Of a stretch of 64,000 nt of DNA, positions 1 to 8,026 are shown piece by piece (the first letter of the stretch is position 1; every line of letters starts with the position of its first letter). The notes under the pieces are model-generated. The model worked only from the letters and a program-made list of their open reading frames with translations. It made no database searches and was not told the origin of the DNA. The translations under genes and the position numbers were made by a program. Source of the stretch: an uncultured bacterium (lineage in GTDB: Bacteria > Verrucomicrobiota > Verrucomicrobiia > Limisphaerales > UBA8199); contig CAVVMW010000021.1 in NCBI GenBank assembly GCA_963749495.1, positions 64,001-128,000 on the forward strand, written 5' to 3'.

Positions 1-1
1 G

Positions 2-733
2 GCGCTGAACCGCGCCAAAGACCAGGCCAGGACCATCGCCTGCCTCAGTAATCTCAAACAACTGGAGACCTGCTGGCACCTCTACGCGGTTGACAACCAG
101 GACCTGCTCCCGCCAAACGACTCTATCTCGATCCTCGACAACAGCGGTGATGCCGTCAACGCCGTGAAGAGCATCTCCTGGTGTCCGGATCACGCGCGCA
201 CCGACCTGACGAGCTCCAACCTGCAGCAGGGCCTTTTGTTTCCATACAATCGTTCCGTGGCCATCTATCATTGCCCGGCGGACCGTTCGACGATCGAACT
301 GGCCGACGGCACCCTGCTGTCCCAACTCCGCGACCGGAGCTACAACATGAGCCAGTCAGTGAACGGCTATCCCGAATTTCCGGACCCGACGGGCACACTC
401 ACCAACATCCCCTGCTGGAAGAAATTCACTTTGATTGTGCGGCCGTCCCCGTCCAAGCTTTTCGTCTTCATCGATGAGCACTCGGACACTCTGGTTAACG
501 CCCAATTTGGCAATCCGGTGGGTGTGCCCGTCTGGCCGCAGATCTGGTTCGACATGCCCGCGGACCGCCATAACCAGGGCGCCTGCCTTACCTTTGCCGA
601 TGGGCACGCCGAACATTGGCGATGGAAGGTGCCCAAGGTCTTCACGGGCTGGTTTCTCGCGCCTACGCCCCAGGAACTGCCGGACTACTTCCGCGTCCAG
701 AGCGCGATGAAGCAGTACAGCGACCTGTATTGA
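2..733 (+). CDS. Prepilin-type / H-X9-DG domain protein (DUF1559-like), 5'-truncated by the window edge
   Basis: Frame 2 is open from the window start (ALNRAKDQARTIACLSNLKQL...), with YHCPAD, FVFIDEH and H-X9-DG (HNQGACLTFADG) motifs. Confidence 0.85.
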   Translation, partial: ALNRAKDQARTIACLSNLKQLETCWHLYAVDNQDLLPPNDSISILDNSGDAVNAVKSISWCPDHARTDLTSSNLQQGLLFPYNRSVAIYHCPADRSTIELADGTLLSQLRDRSYNMSQSVNGYPEFPDPTGTLTNIPCWKKFTLIVRPSPSKLFVFIDEHSDTLVNAQFGNPVGVPVWPQIWFDMPADRHNQGACLTFADGHAEHWRWKVPKVFTGWFLAPTPQELPDYFRVQSAMKQYSDLY

Positions 734-766
734 GCGGGGACGTCTCGGAGACGCCAGAGCGGCGCC

Positions 767-964
767 TTTTTGCCCCGAAGGGGCTGCCGACAATAGCCCG
801 GCGTTTCAACGCCGGGTGAGCGGAGCCAAGGAGCGGGTCCGTCCCGAAGGGACGGCTGAAAGCGAGGAGTGTTCTCAGTCGTCCCTTCGGGACGAGGGGT
901 CCCTTTTGTGGCCTCCCCGGCGTTGAAACGCCGGGCTATTGTCAGATGTCCCTCCGGGACAAAA
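767..964. repeat. REP/MITE-like palindromic element
   Basis: 28-bp inverted repeat GACAATAGCCCGGCGTTTCAACGCCGGG (789-816 vs 916-943) with internal GTCCCGAAGGGAC hairpins; lies between convergent genes. Confidence 0.85.
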
Positions 965-1058
965 CTCCCGAGGTGCAGGCCCACCGCTTTTAATCGCACC
1001 CCGGCAGAGCGCGGACGTGGCCCCCGGCCCGATAGCGTGCGGAGGCGAGGCACATCCC

Positions 1059-1844
1059 TCAGCCTGACGCCGGCGCCCCTTGCGTGACCCAGCCGACGAT
1101 GAGGTCTGCCGCCGCGCGGGAGGCGGTGCTCAACACGGTGTGGTCGGCGCGCAGGATTCTGAATTCCCGCAGCGCCGGGCATTGGCGCTTGAGCCATGGG
1201 CGGACCAGGGGCCAAGGGACGATCGGGTCCAGCCAACCGGTGATGGCATAGACGGGCACCTTGGCGCGGCAGGCCAGCGGGGCGGGGTCGCTGGCGGCCA
1301 GCAAGTGCAGGCGGTGCTTGGCAGCCTGGCGGTCTTCATCCGTCCGGCGGGCGATGAACTCGTTGATGGCCGCCAGCACTTCGGGCTCGTGACGGAAACG
1401 AAAACGGGCCAGGTGCGCATAGCCGAAGAGGATTGCCGTCACCAGCCCCAGTGAAATGCTCCCGGTGAGCCATTCGGCCAAGCGGACCCCCCGGCCGATC
1501 GGGTGCCGGACAAATCCCCCGGCCAGGATAACGCCCTGTGCCTGGAAGCGCTCGCGTGCCAGCAGGTGCCACACCACCTGGGAGCTGAATGACTCGCCCA
1601 GCAGCCACCCGCCCACAATCCCCTGGCCTGCCAGGGCACGCTCCACCCCCGCCGCGTAATCCTCCAACGACCACGTCACCGTTCGCGGATAGGTAATCTC
1701 GACAAACCGCACCCGTCCGGTCACGGCCTTGCGGAACCCGCCAATCAGCGTCCAGTCCCCGTGCAAGCCCGGCAGATATACCAGCGTGGGCAGGGCCTCC
1801 CCACCGTGGACCCGGACCTCGATTTCTTCGTCTCTTATCGCCAT
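1059..1844 (-). CDS. Alpha/beta hydrolase
   Basis: LVYLPGLHG, nucleophile elbow GESFS, D-PIVP and a C-terminal His; start placed at MAIRDEE because the upstream ORF extension is repeat DNA. Confidence 0.85.
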   Translation of the reverse strand: MAIRDEEIEVRVHGGEALPTLVYLPGLHGDWTLIGGFRKAVTGRVRFVEITYPRTVTWSLEDYAAGVERALAGQGIVGGWLLGESFSSQVVWHLLARERFQAQGVILAGGFVRHPIGRGVRLAEWLTGSISLGLVTAILFGYAHLARFRFRHEPEVLAAINEFIARRTDEDRQAAKHRLHLLAASDPAPLACRAKVPVYAITGWLDPIVPWPLVRPWLKRQCPALREFRILRADHTVLSTASRAAADLIVGWVTQGAPASG

Positions 1845-1857
1845 GGTCAGAGGACGA

Positions 1858-2127
1858 GAAATTGAAAATTGAAAATTGTGGCCAGTGGTCCTTGACCGGG
1901 CGCATCCTGACACTGCCCCCGGAGTGCGCCCGTCCCCGGGCGCGGCAGCGACGGAGCGGGCAGGCGCGCCGGAGTGTTCCACCGCTGCCGTGGCTTCGGA
2001 CGTTGCTGCGCCCGGGGACGGGCGCACTCCGCTCCGGGCCCCCGCGGTGGGGGCAGTGTCGAGATGCGCCCTCCTTGACCGGTTGCTGCAATTGGCAATT
2101 GGCAATTTTCAATTTTCAATTTTCAAT
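1858..2127. repeat. Heptamer-based palindromic element (ATTGAAA)n...(TTTCAAT)n, interrupted by a MITE
   Basis: Tandem AATTGAA/AATTGGC units form inverted arms at 1858-1878 and 2087-2127; an uninterrupted relative lies at 58928-59032. Confidence 0.75.
1898..2071. mobile_element. MITE-like palindromic element with 9-bp target-site duplication
   Basis: Ends GGGCGCATC...GATGCGCCC; flanked by TCCTTGACC at 1889-1897 and 2072-2080; homologous copy at 10650-10810. Confidence 0.7.
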
Positions 2128-4345
2128 CCCCCTTCATCGGGATGCTCTTCGGCGCCGGTTGGCCCGGGTTGCGTCCAACTGTGGTGCGAACGACGGCTCC
2201 TTGTGTGAGCACCATCCCCTCCAGCCGCCTGTGGTCGACCTTGCCCGTGCCCAGGAGCGGCAATTGGGCGAGCACCTCCAGCCGGCGCGGCACGGCCAGG
2301 TTGCCCAGGCCGCGGGCGCGGAGGGCCTCTCGAATCTGCGGCACAGTCAGCCTCGACTCGTTTGTGACCGCAATCAACTGCTCCCCGTGGTCCTGGTCCG
2401 GCCCGGCGATGACCGCCACCGCGCACCGCAGACCGTATTGGGGAAAGGCCCCGGCCAGGGCCTCCTCGACGGCCGTCAGGCTCACCATCTCACCCCCGAT
2501 CTTGGCAAAGCGCTTGAGCCGCCCCAGGATGTGAACAAATCCTTCCGGACACACCCGCACAATATCGCCCGTGTCGTACCACCCGCCCAGGGCCTGGAAT
2601 GCCGCGTTGGCCTCCGGGTTCAAATAGCCCCGCATCACGTTCGGCCCGCGGACGAACAATCGCCCGACCGCTCCGCCTTGACTCTCTCCCAGTCCTTCGA
2701 CCGGCTCCAACCGGTACTCGATGCCCGGCAGGAATTGCCCCGTCGAGCCCGCGCGCGGGCGCATTGGCAGATCGACGCTCAGGGCGGGGCTGCACTCGGT
2801 GACGCCGTAGCCTTGGAGGATGCGGATGCCGAAGCGGCGCGCCCAGAGCGCGGCGGTGCTCTCCTGGAGCTTTTCGGCGCCGGCAAATGTGTAGCGCACG
2901 GTGCGGAAATCATAGGCGTGCGCCTTGCGCCCGTAGCCGGCCAGGAATGTGTTGGTGCTGAGCAGAACCGTGCAATTGAAATTGTACACTGCCGAGGGCA
3001 CCACGCGGTAGTGCAGCGGCGAGATGTAGAGAAACACGAACACTCCGCGCACCAGCGGCAAAAACAGGCCGATGTTCAAGCCGAAACAGTGGAACAATGG
3101 CAGGGCATTGAACAGCCGGTCGGTTTCCATCAAATCGATGACCGAGACCACCTGCCGCAGATTGGAGAGCAGATTGCGATGGGTCAGTTCCACGCCTTTG
3201 GGCTCGCCTTCCGAGCCGCTGGTGAACAGGACCACCGCGGTGTCCTGGGCGGCAGGCCAGCGCGGAGCGATTGGCCAACGCAGGACGCGCCGGGCCAGCG
3301 CGCCCAGCTTGCGCGCCCAACCGATGGCGGCCCGCTCGTCTTCCAGGAAGACCCACTGGATGCCGGCCGCTTCGAACGGCGCAAGGTCCAGGCCCAGGCG
3401 CTCGACGAATCCCCTGGCCGTGATGACCCGCCTCAGCCCAGCCAGGCGCGCGCAGCCCAGCAGCACCCCCGCCCCGCCCGAGTAATTGAGGACTGCCGGG
3501 ACCTTGTTCGCCGCCCACAGGGCCAGCAGCACCACCGGCATCGCGTTCACGTTGGGGAGCAGCACACCCACCCGCGGCCCCGCCGACTGGGGCCATTGCC
3601 GCCACCGGGCCGCCAGCAAGTCCGCCCCAACCAGCAGCCGCCGGCAGGTCAATTGCTGGAGCGAGACGTCCTGCACCGCCACCCGGCCCGGCCATTGCCG
3701 CGCCGACTCGGCAATCGCCGCCGGCAGCGTCGCCGGGCCAAGCTCCTGCTCGGTCTCGAATTGCTGCCTCACCATCTGGTCCCGCAGCCAATCGGTCAGC
3801 CGCGTCCTGCCCTCGGCCGCGCTGACGTGGTCGAGCCTGGGCGGCGCCAGCACCGGGCTGAAATGGACCGAGAGTCGCGGAAACCATCGCTTGGAATCCG
3901 GGTTCCGGGAGAACGGCAGCCGCCGCGCGCCGCGCAGGTAGGCCGTAATCACCTTGGGCCGGGTCTTGAAGATGAGAAAACCGGTGCCGTCAAAGAGCTT
4001 CATCAGCGAGCCCGTACAGGAAAGCCGCCCCTCGGGGAAGAGCACCAGCCGGCCCCCGCCTTGCAGGTACTCGGCCACGTGCTTGATCGGGTAGGGCGAA
4101 GCCATGTCCAGCGGAAAGGTGCGGCGGTTGACCATGAGACGCTTGTGCAGCCAACTCACCTCCGCCGCCGTGCTCGAGGTCACGAAGCGCCAATCCTCCT
4201 CCAGGCACACCCCGATCAGCAGCCAATCCCACCAGGAAACATGGTTGGGCAGCAGCAGGGCCGGCCCCGGCGTCCTGAGCACCGCCTCGTTCTCGGCGCG
4301 AAAACCGTAGAGCAATCGGAGCAGCCCGCGAACGAGCCATCTCAT
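2123..4345 (-). CDS. aas: Bifunctional 2-acylglycerophosphoethanolamine acyltransferase / acyl-ACP synthetase
   Basis: N-terminal PlsC motifs NHVSWWD and FPEG; AMP-binding FTSGSEGEPKG, GYGVTE, YDTGD, GRLKRFAKIGGEMVSL. Confidence 0.9.
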   Translation of the reverse strand: MRWLVRGLLRLLYGFRAENEAVLRTPGPALLLPNHVSWWDWLLIGVCLEEDWRFVTSSTAAEVSWLHKRLMVNRRTFPLDMASPYPIKHVAEYLQGGGRLVLFPEGRLSCTGSLMKLFDGTGFLIFKTRPKVITAYLRGARRLPFSRNPDSKRWFPRLSVHFSPVLAPPRLDHVSAAEGRTRLTDWLRDQMVRQQFETEQELGPATLPAAIAESARQWPGRVAVQDVSLQQLTCRRLLVGADLLAARWRQWPQSAGPRVGVLLPNVNAMPVVLLALWAANKVPAVLNYSGGAGVLLGCARLAGLRRVITARGFVERLGLDLAPFEAAGIQWVFLEDERAAIGWARKLGALARRVLRWPIAPRWPAAQDTAVVLFTSGSEGEPKGVELTHRNLLSNLRQVVSVIDLMETDRLFNALPLFHCFGLNIGLFLPLVRGVFVFLYISPLHYRVVPSAVYNFNCTVLLSTNTFLAGYGRKAHAYDFRTVRYTFAGAEKLQESTAALWARRFGIRILQGYGVTECSPALSVDLPMRPRAGSTGQFLPGIEYRLEPVEGLGESQGGAVGRLFVRGPNVMRGYLNPEANAAFQALGGWYDTGDIVRVCPEGFVHILGRLKRFAKIGGEMVSLTAVEEALAGAFPQYGLRCAVAVIAGPDQDHGEQLIAVTNESRLTVPQIREALRARGLGNLAVPRRLEVLAQLPLLGTGKVDHRRLEGMVLTQGAVVRTTVGRNPGQPAPKSIPMKGD

Positions 4346-4519
4346 TGGGCACCGCCTTCCACAAGCCTTCCGGGGATCTGCCTCATACCGCGTTCCGAGC
4401 GCATGCGCAGGGGCAGGGTGCCGAGGGCCGAGTGTCGAGGGTCGTGGTCATGATGGCTTAGGTCTCACTTGCCAACCGGTGCCCGTTGTCCGCAATTTGC
4501 CTCAGCCTTATGATCTCAT

Positions 4520-4535
4520 TGTTGACATGTCAACA
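4520..4535. promoter_or_regulatory. Perfect 16-bp palindrome, candidate operator
   Basis: TGTTGACATGTCAACA in the AT-rich spacer between divergent genes; contains TTGACA on both strands. Confidence 0.45.
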
Positions 4536-4628
4536 GGTTTAGAGGGCCAGGGGCAGGACCCTGATTCGCTCATTCGGGAAATAATAAAATTGCCTTGCAG
4601 GATTATGCAGCAAGATTGATACTGAAGC

Positions 4629-5165
4629 GTGGCTTTTTCTTTTTTTCACCGGTGGTTCAGTCGCGCAGACACATGCGCTCTGGAAGTCAGACCGAACGAG
4701 TGCGGGCCTGACGGCGCGGAGGCGCAGTTTCTGAGAGGCTTGAAGTTCGCCAGCGGGCAGGGCGGGGCCCGGGATTTGGCCCAGGCGGCGCATTACTACG
4801 CACAGGCGGCCGAGCAGAACCATAGTTTGGCGCAATTGAATCTCGCGACGCTCTACGGACAGGGCCAGGGAGTGGCGCGGGACCAAGCGAAATCGCGGAT
4901 GTGGCTGACCAAAGCGGCGAAGATGGGCAACGCTGCCGCGCAATACAGGCTGGGCGTCCAGCAACACCTGGTTTGTCGCGGGGGCTCCAGCGGAGCGGCA
5001 GCCGAAGGCCGGATTGAGGCGTTGAAGTGGGTGCGCCTGTCCGCCGGCCAGGGTTGCCCCGGCGCCGAGGGCGCCTGCGAGTTTGTCGCGCTAGGCATGA
5101 CGCGGCAGGAGGTGGCCGAGGGCGCGCGGCGTGCGGCCGCGTTTGTGGCCGGGCCCGGCGTGTAG
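4629..5165 (+). CDS. Sel1-repeat protein
   Basis: Repeats AQFLRG...AAHYYAQAAEQ, AQLNLATLYGQGQGV...WLTKAAKMG, AQYRLG...WVRLSAGQG. Confidence 0.85.
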   Translation: MAFSFFHRWFSRADTCALEVRPNECGPDGAEAQFLRGLKFASGQGGARDLAQAAHYYAQAAEQNHSLAQLNLATLYGQGQGVARDQAKSRMWLTKAAKMGNAAAQYRLGVQQHLVCRGGSSGAAAEGRIEALKWVRLSAGQGCPGAEGACEFVALGMTRQEVAEGARRAAAFVAGPGV

Positions 5166-5209
5166 CTTGAGCGCCAGGGTTCCCTCCGGGAGAATTCTGA
5201 GAGATCCTC

Positions 5210-5815
5210 ATGAACCCAAGATTATATATCGGCAACCTCTCCGCCGGCGTGACCCAGGCCGACCTGCGGCTCTTGTTTTCGCAGGCAGGAGCCGTCACTG
5301 AAGTCACATTGATGCTCGATCCAGCCACTCACCAGTCGCGCGGATTCGGCTTTGTCACAATGGCCACGCCCGAGTTGGCGGCTGCGGCCCTCCGGGATTT
5401 CCACTGCTACAGCCTTGGGGGGCGCTATATTACCGTGACCGAGGCCCGTCCCCCGCAAGAGCCGAAAGGCATGATGAGCGAGGGTTTTGATCAGAAGACC
5501 TCAACGCCCTTCCGGCCCGGCGTTCAGCAGGGCAAGAGCCATCGAACGCTCGACCGGCTTCCCACGCCGTCGCGGTCGAGGCCGGTGAATCGGAGGGCCC
5601 CTGGTGGCACGGCCCCCCTGGCTGGGCGCCCGGCGATTGACCAGCCATCTCTCCTGCTCATGGCCGCAAGCACGAGGACCAGGCCGGGGACGCCGATTCC
5701 AATGCCAAAACCGCCCCTCCTCTCCAGTGGGTTATGGGACCGCGGCGAAAAACCGAAAAACCGATTTGGGGCTTGCAATCGCTCCGAAAACCGGCACATT
5801 CAGGCTGTCTCTTGA
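5210..5815 (+). CDS. RRM RNA-binding protein 1 (true end possibly 5588 after a +1 frameshift)
   Basis: RNP2 LYIGNL, RNP1 RGFGFVTM, VTEARP; a +1 frame gives TGFPRRRGRGR-stop at 5586-5588. Confidence 0.8.
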   Translation: MNPRLYIGNLSAGVTQADLRLLFSQAGAVTEVTLMLDPATHQSRGFGFVTMATPELAAAALRDFHCYSLGGRYITVTEARPPQEPKGMMSEGFDQKTSTPFRPGVQQGKSHRTLDRLPTPSRSRPVNRRAPGGTAPLAGRPAIDQPSLLLMAASTRTRPGTPIPMPKPPLLSSGLWDRGEKPKNRFGACNRSENRHIQAVS

Positions 5816-5825
5816 TACGTTTTTC

Positions 5826-5913
5826 ACTTCCATGACATGGAAATCTTCAGGTGAACCCGGTTCAATGATGATTTGAGACCCGACCCGCGGGAACAGTATG
5901 GCGAGCGCAGAAC
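5826..5913 (+). ncRNA. Putative structured cis-regulatory leader of RRM gene (copy 1)
   Basis: Closely similar to 7592-7676; three hairpins with differences mostly in loops. Confidence 0.65.
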
Positions 5914-5937
5914 TGTCCGGGACAGTGTACAAAATCC

Positions 5938-6258
5938 ATGAGCACCAAGTTATTCGTCGGCAACCTCGACTTCAAAGTCACTGAAAACGACCTGCACGAC
6001 GCCTTTGCGGCGCACGGCACCGTCGTCGAGGCCAATCTGGTGACCGACCGGGCCACCGGCCGGCCGCGCGGGTTCGCCTTCGTCACAATGAGTTCGCCCG
6101 AGGAGGCGCAAAAGGCCATCGAGGCCTTGAATGGCAAGGAGTTGGGCGGGCGGGCGTTGAACGTCAATGTCGCCCGGCCTCGCGAAGAGCGTCCCGGCGG
6201 CGGTGGCGGCGGTGGCGGCCGGCGTGGATACGGTGGTGGCCATCGCGACCGTTACTGA
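5938..6258 (+). CDS. Glycine-rich RRM RNA-binding protein 2
   Basis: [14 protein letters not shown], Gly/Arg-rich tail ending RY. Confidence 0.95.
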   Translation: MSTKLFVGNLDFKVTENDLHDAFAAHGTVVEANLVTDRATGRPRGFAFVTMSSPEEAQKAIEALNGKELGGRALNVNVARPREERPGGGGGGGGRRGYGGGHRDRY

Positions 6259-6279
6259 TTTCAAGACTCATTTCCGGCC

Positions 6280-6312
6280 GGGGGTGCGGCCGCAGCGCGC
6301 CCCACTTTTTTT
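6280..6312 (+). terminator. Intrinsic terminator
   Basis: GGGGTGCG-loop-CGCGCCCC followed by a T run. Confidence 0.7.
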
Positions 6313-6383
6313 GACGCCTCCCTTTTCGGCTGGTTTGCGAGGTGTTGTTTGCGGTGGGAACCGGTCACAGTTGATCGCACCTT

Positions 6384-6599
6384 ATGAAAGAAGCACCTGT
6401 CGAAGTCGAAGGGATAGTCCATACCGTTTTGCCTGGAACGATGTTCCGGGTCGAACTGGACAATAAGCACCTCGTGCTGGCCACGATCTGCGGGAAAATG
6501 CGCAAACGCTGGGTCCGTCTGACCGTTGGAGACCGCGTCAAAATGGAGATGTCCCCCTACGATTTGGACAAAGCCCGCATCGTTTGGCGGCTGAGGTGA
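6384..6599 (+). CDS. infA: Translation initiation factor IF-1 (stand-alone copy)
   Basis: [29 protein letters not shown]...[21 protein letters not shown]. Confidence 0.95.
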   Translation: MKEAPVEVEGIVHTVLPGTMFRVELDNKHLVLATICGKMRKRWVRLTVGDRVKMEMSPYDLDKARIVWRLR

Positions 6600-6647
6600 C
6601 TCCAGGTTGATGTGCCCGTCTGTGTGAAACAGATTATATTGCCGACG

Positions 6648-7043
6648 ATGTACATGCCCAAGCGCAATCTACGGCAGGAGTACCGCCTGAAGCAACGAGA
6701 CCAGATCGAGGCGTCTCCGTTGATGGCGGCGAGATTCCCGCGGCTGAAGGCCTTGAAGGTGACCCTGGAGTATTTCGACGCCACGGGAACCATCAAGAAC
6801 GGGCAGATGAAGTGCAAGCTGAATGTGGAGCACGCAAAATCGGCGGTGTGGTTCGCTTGCCCGGGAGTGGAATGCACGGGGGGTGATTTTGACTTGACCG
6901 GGGCGCTGGCCAAAGCTGTCGCCGGGCGGCTCAAGGTGGCGAGCGGCGAACTGCGGTGCCAGGGGACGCGAAAGCGGGGCGACCACGAGCGTGTGCCCTG
7001 CCAGACGCTGCTGCGCTACAAGCTGAGTTTGAATTATGACTGA
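6648..7043 (+). CDS. Hypothetical protein with four Cys (C-x4-C...C-x13-C), possible Zn binder
   Basis: 131-aa ORF with CPGVEC and CQG...PC; stop overlaps the rpsU start. Confidence 0.7.
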   Translation: MYMPKRNLRQEYRLKQRDQIEASPLMAARFPRLKALKVTLEYFDATGTIKNGQMKCKLNVEHAKSAVWFACPGVECTGGDFDLTGALAKAVAGRLKVASGELRCQGTRKRGDHERVPCQTLLRYKLSLNYD

Positions 7044-7233
7044 AGTGAAACTGAAGAAGGGTGAACCGGTGGAGAGGGCCATCCGCCGGCTCAAAAAGAA
7101 GCTGGATCGCGAGCAGACGTTGCAGAAGTTCCGCCAACGCCGGCGGTTCGAAAAGCCCAGCGCCAAAAAGCGGCGCAAGGAAAAGGCGGCGCGTTTCGCC
7201 GCGATGCTCAAGGCCCGTTACGCGGATTACTGA
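7036..7233 (+). CDS. rpsU: 30S ribosomal protein bS21
   Basis: GEPVERAIRRLKKK...RRFEKPSAKKRRK. Confidence 0.95.
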   Translation: MTEVKLKKGEPVERAIRRLKKKLDREQTLQKFRQRRRFEKPSAKKRRKEKAARFAAMLKARYADY

Positions 7234-7409
7234 ACGCCGGAGGGCGAATAGACCGGAGAAAACGGAGATGAGGGAGGTGCTTTCTCTGTTCTCTCGGTTT
7301 TCTCCAACGTGGCGGTTTGTCTTCCACATGGAGGAGCGCCTTGCGCGTCAAAGGGCGGGGAGGCGCAAGGGATGTCTAACGGCTTTGGAGGGATTTCAGG
7401 CGCGGCGGG

Positions 7410-7489
7410 CAGGGCCCTTGACAAAGTCGCTCGGCGCGCCTGTGAACCAGGGGCGCCAGCGTAGCGCAGGTTTGGAAACCTGCGCTACG
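7410..7489. repeat. Dispersed repeat ending in hairpin CGTAGCGCAGGTTTGGAAACCTGCGCTACG
   Basis: Homologous to 63855-63925 (CAGGGCCnTTGACAAAGnCGCTCGGCGCGCC...CAGCGTAGCGCAGGTTT). Confidence 0.7.
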
Positions 7490-7591
7490 ACTTTCTCAAC
7501 AGCCCTGGACGCGGCGGCAGATTTTGCGAAATACTTGTTGCTATTTGGCGGCAAGGGTTTATTTTTACGGGCGTCTAAGAGATAGCTTGTC

Positions 7592-7676
7592 GCTTCCAGC
7601 ACATGGTAAATCTTCAGGTGAACCTTGTTCAGTGATGATTTGAAACCCGAAGTTCGGGAACAGTTTGGACAGAACA
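7592..7676 (+). ncRNA. Putative structured cis-regulatory leader of RRM gene (copy 2)
   Basis: Shares ACATGG-AAATCTTCAGGTGAAC-n3-GTTCA-n-TGATGATTTGA-n-ACCCG-n5-CGGGAACAGT-n-TGG with copy 1. Confidence 0.65.
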
Positions 7677-7705
7677 GGTGAACACCAAGGACATTGAAAC
7701 ATCAC

Positions 7706-8014
7706 ATGAACACAAAGTTATTCGTAGGGAACCTTTCGTTTGACACGACCGAAAACGATTTGCAGGACGCCTTCGCAGCCCATGGGACAGTGACGGAGGC
7801 CAACCTGATGATGGACCGCTCCACCGGCCGGCCGCGCGGGTTTGCTTTCATCACTATGGGAACCCCGGAAGAGGCGCAGAAGGCGGTTGACGCGCTGAAC
7901 GGGACGATGCTGGGCGGCCGCAACCTGACCGTGAACGAAGCGCGGCCGCGGGAAGAAGGCGGCGCCCGTGGAAACCGTTCCGGCGAGCGGCGTGAGTTCA
8001 GCCGGCGCTATTAA
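7706..8014 (+). CDS. RRM RNA-binding protein 3
   Basis: [27 protein letters not shown]; paralog of 5938-6258. Confidence 0.95.
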   Translation: MNTKLFVGNLSFDTTENDLQDAFAAHGTVTEANLMMDRSTGRPRGFAFITMGTPEEAQKAVDALNGTMLGGRNLTVNEARPREEGGARGNRSGERREFSRRY

Positions 8015-8026
8015 GCCAACGATCAC

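Noticed and set aside
5550..5815. Long C-terminal domain on RRM protein 1
   Set aside because: It is low-information sequence running into the next promoter. A +1 shift gives a typical RRRGRGR-stop at 5588.
5864..5872. Box C (RUGAUGA) / K-turn in the RRM leader
   Set aside because: The heptamer is present in both copies but there is no suitably placed box D (CUGA), so a K-turn is not supported.
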